Shown: piece after piece, positions 60,270 through 64,000 of the stretch
Numbering within the stretch: position 1 is the first letter of the stretch
Layout: each line of letters begins with the position of its first letter
NCBI GenBank assembly: GCA_038523235.1
Contig: JBCBJQ010000007.1
Span: 32,001 to 96,000 of the forward strand
Source of the DNA: Cyanobacteria bacterium J06626_4
GTDB taxonomy: Bacteria > Cyanobacteriota > Cyanobacteriia > Phormidesmidales > Phormidesmidaceae
Length of the DNA: 64,000 nt
Direction of reading: 5' to 3'
Notes under the pieces: generated by a model
What the model saw: only the letters and a program-made list of their open reading frames with translations
What the model was told of the DNA's origin: nothing
The model's database searches: none
Made by a program: the position numbers and the translations under genes

Positions 60270-61970
60270 GTGAGCAATCGAACATCGTGGCAGCGGCGGC
60301 TCTGGGTCAGGGTTATGCCGATCGCCTTAGGCCTGATGCTGACCGTTTTGCCAATGCTGGCGACGAGTTGGGCCCAAACAAACACCGGCAATGCCCCGCC
60401 CCCAGCGGCCCCAGTGATATTAGATGGCCGCGAACTCTTCAAAGTTCAGGTATCGATCGGGGGGTATCCCCCCAGAACCCGAGCCCTGGCAACGGCCCGC
60501 CGCATTCGCGCGATCGCTCAAGATCCGAATGTTGACCCGGCCCAACTATCGGTGGTGCATGATGACCTCGCGGAAACGAGTAATGTCACCTACGACGGTG
60601 ACGTGCTGGTATACATTACCGATGCTGATGCCGAAGCGGCTAGCGGCAATCGTCGCGCCTTGGCCTATCGATTACAGCAGATTATTGAAGATGCGATCGT
60701 CACCTATCGAGCCGCTCGCCAGCCCGATCAAGTCTTGCGAGGCACCCTCTACGCGCTACTGGTGTTGCTGGGCACGGTGCTGTTCCTCTGGTTCATCGTG
60801 AAGATCAGTGGTTGGGTGCACCGAGCGCTCCAACGCTGGAAAGGTCGCTATATCTCTGGCGTGTACTTTCTGGGCAATGAATTTTTGTCGGCAGAGCGGG
60901 TCACGGATGCGATTTGGGAGAGCTTTAAGCTGATTCGGCTGGGGCTGCTGCTCATCGTCCTCTATGTTTCGTGGTCGCAAATGCTGCGGTCTTTTCCGTG
61001 GACTCGGCCAGCGGGCGAACGGCTGTTTGACTACATCGAACGAGCCGCCCTCACGCTGGGAAACCACTTTGTCGAATACCTGCCCAACCTATTTTTTATT
61101 GCCTTAATTGCGATCGCCACGCACTACCTGCTGCGCATTATTCGCTTTTTGTTTACCGAAATTGCGCGTGATCGGGTCAATGTGCCGGGCTTTTTTCCGC
61201 AATGGGCTAACCCGACTTACAACATTGTGCGCGTGCTGGTGGTGTTGTTTGCGATCACCATGGCTTTTCCCTACCTACCAGGGTCGGAATCACCGGCGTT
61301 TCAAGGACTGTCGATTTTTGTCGGAGCGTTGTTTACGTTGGGGTCGAGTGGGGCGATCGCCAACTTGGTCGCGGGCATTGTGCTGATTTATAGCCGGGCC
61401 TATGAGCAGGGCGATCGCGTCAAAATCAGTGACGCGATCGGCGATGTGATTGATAAGTCACTGATGGTGACCCGCCTGCGCACCCCCAAAAACGTCATCA
61501 TCACCATTCCTAACTTTATGGTGCTGAGCAGCCACATCGTGAACTACAGCGCCAGCATTGCCGAGACCCAAGAGTCGCTGATTGTGCACACCACCATCAC
61601 CCTGGGCTATGACGTGCCGTGGCGCCAGGTGCACGAAGTGCTGATCAAAGCAGCCAGCGAGACCGATAAAATTTTGCCAACGCCCCCGCCCTTTGTTTTG
61701 CAAACCAGTCTGGATGATTTTTACGTCAGCTACGAACTCAATGCCTACACTGACCACCCCAAATCGATGTCCAAGATTTTTTCGGAGCTGCACCAAAATT
61801 TGCAGGATGCCTGCAATGAAAACAACATCGAAATTTTGTCGCCCCATTACGGGGCGATGCGCGATGGGAATGAATTGGCGGTGCCGGAAAAGTATTGGCC
61901 TCCGGGGTATGAGCCCACGCGATTTCGCTTAGACACCAAGGGCGATCGCTCAAATGCAACTCAGTCCTAG
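60270..61970 (+). CDS. MscS-family mechanosensitive channel with N-terminal periplasmic domain
   Basis: 'APVILDGRELF', 'FPYLPGS.SPAFQG', 'GDRVKI', 'LGYDVPW', 'IEILSPHY'. The track's TTG 60243 lies inside the MITE end. Confidence 0.9.
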   Translation: MSNRTSWQRRLWVRVMPIALGLMLTVLPMLATSWAQTNTGNAPPPAAPVILDGRELFKVQVSIGGYPPRTRALATARRIRAIAQDPNVDPAQLSVVHDDLAETSNVTYDGDVLVYITDADAEAASGNRRALAYRLQQIIEDAIVTYRAARQPDQVLRGTLYALLVLLGTVLFLWFIVKISGWVHRALQRWKGRYISGVYFLGNEFLSAERVTDAIWESFKLIRLGLLLIVLYVSWSQMLRSFPWTRPAGERLFDYIERAALTLGNHFVEYLPNLFFIALIAIATHYLLRIIRFLFTEIARDRVNVPGFFPQWANPTYNIVRVLVVLFAITMAFPYLPGSESPAFQGLSIFVGALFTLGSSGAIANLVAGIVLIYSRAYEQGDRVKISDAIGDVIDKSLMVTRLRTPKNVIITIPNFMVLSSHIVNYSASIAETQESLIVHTTITLGYDVPWRQVHEVLIKAASETDKILPTPPPFVLQTSLDDFYVSYELNAYTDHPKSMSKIFSELHQNLQDACNENNIEILSPHYGAMRDGNELAVPEKYWPPGYEPTRFRLDTKGDRSNATQS

Positions 61971-62021
61971 TTCTGCCGCCACCGAGGCTGACTGAGAAGA
62001 GTCTCAGGCAAAGATGCCGAC

Positions 62022-63791
62022 TCAATCATTGGGGCTATGGCGAGAAAAGGTGTAAATGCGCTGGGTTTGCAGGTTCTCTTTCAGGTCTGAAGGGTAGACG
62101 GTGGGTTCACTCGTGCCGATCGAGAAGGTCTGTCGCCTGAGTCCCACCTGCAAATGAGCAAAGGGATCTTGACCGTCTGAGATTAGCAGCTCTAGGGTTT
62201 GCAAATTGGGCCACTGTACTAATCCATCTAGCACTTTAGCCAGGGCGGGCCAGTAAGCGTTGTCAGGCTGGTCGTACCAGGTTGAGGTCACCGCTTGGGC
62301 CTGCTCTAAGCCGAGATTGATAATGAGCTTACCTTGGCCAAACAGGGCCACCGCAACCGGTCTCACTTCTTCCTGGGCGGCGAGCCCGGCTTGCCGGGCC
62401 AGTTCTCGCACCTGCTCCAACTGCTCATATTTGGCGGGCAGGGTCGAGAGATCGGCCTGAGTTTGTAGCGCCACAGTCACTAGATAGGTGGGCAGTAGCA
62501 GATGCCCGAGCTTTTTCGCTTTGGTTTCCAAATAGTAGGAATTGTAGGGGGTGGATTCAATGATTAGGGGCACGCGATCGATCATTTCCAGCCCATAGCC
62601 CTTCAGCCCCGCAATTTTGCGTGGATTGTTGGTAATCAGACAAAACTGACGCACGCCAATGTCGTTCAAGATTTGCGCCCCGACCCCATAATTGCGCTGA
62701 TCGACCGGCAACCCGAGCTTTTCGTTCGCCTCGACCGTGTCTAGCCCCATATCCTGCAGCGAATAAGCCTTGAGCTTGTTCACCAAACCAATACCCCGGC
62801 CTTCTTGCCGCAGATACACCACCACCCCACGACCAGCGGTCTCAATCATTTTCAGGGCGGCCTGCAGCTGCATGCGGCAGTCGCAGCGGAGCGAGCCAAA
62901 CGAGTCGCCCGTCAGGCATTCCGAATGAACCCGCACCATCACGCGCTCGTCTTTAAAGCTGGCGGGGTCACCTCTGACCAGCGCGACATGCTCAGAATTA
63001 TCGATGGAGTTGCGGTAGGCATAGATGTTGAAATGGCCAAACTGAGTCGGGAGGTTGGCGATCGCCTCGCGTTTCACAAACCGCTCATGCTCTAGCCGAT
63101 AGCTAATCAGGTCGGCAATGCTAATCAGCTTTAGATGATGGGTTTTAGCATAGGCCACCAACTCGGGCAGGCGGGCCATCGACCCATCGGGGTTTTGAAT
63201 TTCGCAGATCACCCCCGCCGGATACAGACCGGCCAGCCGGGAGAGATCGACGCCAGCTTCGGTATGACCGGCACGTTTGAGCACGCCCCCCTCTTTAGCC
63301 CGCAGCGGAAAGATGTGGCCGGGTCGTCGCAAATCGCCGGGCCGCGCCTCATGATTCAGCGTGACTTGAATGGTGCGGGCTCGATCCTCGGCTGAGATAC
63401 CCGTCGTGACGCCCCACTGGGTAGCAGCATCAATGCTGACGGTGAACGCCGTCTGCTCGTTCTCATCTTCGAAACTGTGCGGGTTCACCATCAGCGGCAG
63501 GTCCAGCTCGTCGAGCCGCTGCCCGGTCATCGCCAGACAGATCAACCCCCGCGCTTCGACCGCCATAAAGTTGATCATGTCAGGCGTCGCAAACTGGGCT
63601 GCACAGATGACGTCGCCTTCGTTTTCGCGATTTTCGTCATCGACAACCACAATCGCCCGACCGGCGGCGAGATCTTGCAGCGCCTCGTCAATACTGTCAA
63701 AAATGCTGTCAAAAGCCGATTCAAGCTTTGGCAAGGCATTGGGCTCAGGATAAGAGACCCCCGTAGGCGTCACGTCCTCAATATCAGCCAC
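62022..63791 (-). CDS. ribBA: Bifunctional DHBP synthase / GTP cyclohydrolase II with cyanobacterial C-terminal extension
   Basis: 'VVDDENRENEGD', 'RPGHIFPL', 'RAGHTEA', 'VRVHSECLTGD..GSLRCDC', 'QEGRGIGL', 'TNNPRK'. Confidence 0.97.
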   Translation of the reverse strand: MADIEDVTPTGVSYPEPNALPKLESAFDSIFDSIDEALQDLAAGRAIVVVDDENRENEGDVICAAQFATPDMINFMAVEARGLICLAMTGQRLDELDLPLMVNPHSFEDENEQTAFTVSIDAATQWGVTTGISAEDRARTIQVTLNHEARPGDLRRPGHIFPLRAKEGGVLKRAGHTEAGVDLSRLAGLYPAGVICEIQNPDGSMARLPELVAYAKTHHLKLISIADLISYRLEHERFVKREAIANLPTQFGHFNIYAYRNSIDNSEHVALVRGDPASFKDERVMVRVHSECLTGDSFGSLRCDCRMQLQAALKMIETAGRGVVVYLRQEGRGIGLVNKLKAYSLQDMGLDTVEANEKLGLPVDQRNYGVGAQILNDIGVRQFCLITNNPRKIAGLKGYGLEMIDRVPLIIESTPYNSYYLETKAKKLGHLLLPTYLVTVALQTQADLSTLPAKYEQLEQVRELARQAGLAAQEEVRPVAVALFGQGKLIINLGLEQAQAVTSTWYDQPDNAYWPALAKVLDGLVQWPNLQTLELLISDGQDPFAHLQVGLRRQTFSIGTSEPTVYPSDLKENLQTQRIYTFSRHSPND

Positions 63792-64000
63792 GTTTGGTTA
63801 TTTCACTCATTCAGCTTCATGACTGATTCTAATGTGCTGACCCGACGCTCTGGGGCAGAAGTCAGGGAGATCGGCGTTCAATTCCCGCCAAGCCTTGAGC
63901 CTAATCAACTTAAATGGACTGATCAGGCTCAAGGCCTATGCCCCGGCCGGCATGAGCGCGATCACGCTGGCCAGCCCGCTGATGACACTGTGATTCTCTG

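Larger units (their letters stand above)
1..64000. repeat. HIP1 octamer GCGATCGC dispersed throughout
   Basis: Dozens of copies in genes and spacers, e.g. 1401, 11730, 11753, 28619; a cyanobacterial hallmark. Confidence 0.95.

Noticed and set aside
1..64000. tRNA, rRNA, tmRNA, RNase P, SRP or prophage genes
   Set aside because: No diagnostic motifs recognised by eye; tRNAscan-SE and Rfam were not run, so small misses are possible.

Overview
Chromosomal window of a cyanobacterium with about 54% GC by eye and dense HIP1 (GCGATCGC) sites. It is probably a non-heterocystous filamentous Leptolyngbya/Nodosilinea/Halomicronema-like strain; that placement is inference. Most of it is housekeeping: a GGDEF-EAL protein, gntK, gvpK-gvpF/L, menD, nblB / cpcBA-cpcE-cpcF, xfp-pgi-glgP, cugP, trxA, two MscS channels, a PAS-GAF-GAF kinase, ndhB / topA, sphR and ribBA. 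A small accessory patch holds a DUF433/PIN toxin-antitoxin pair and an IS1 remnant. The most interesting signals lie outside the ORF track. (1) A single-copy NsiR1-like sRNA (GGTAGATGCACCCTGATA plus terminator) has a DIF1 motif TCCGGA at -35; this module is best known from heterocyst differentiation. (2) An IsaR1-like sRNA sits behind a Fur-box-like palindrome. (3) There is a further orphan structured sRNA candidate. (4) Several MITE-like families occur, including two 118-bp elements with shared ends but unrelated hairpin cargo. (5) A triple-stop pseudogene and unlisted small ORFs are present. No CRISPR array, tRNA or rRNA was seen. All family calls are from motif recognition by eye; no searches were run.
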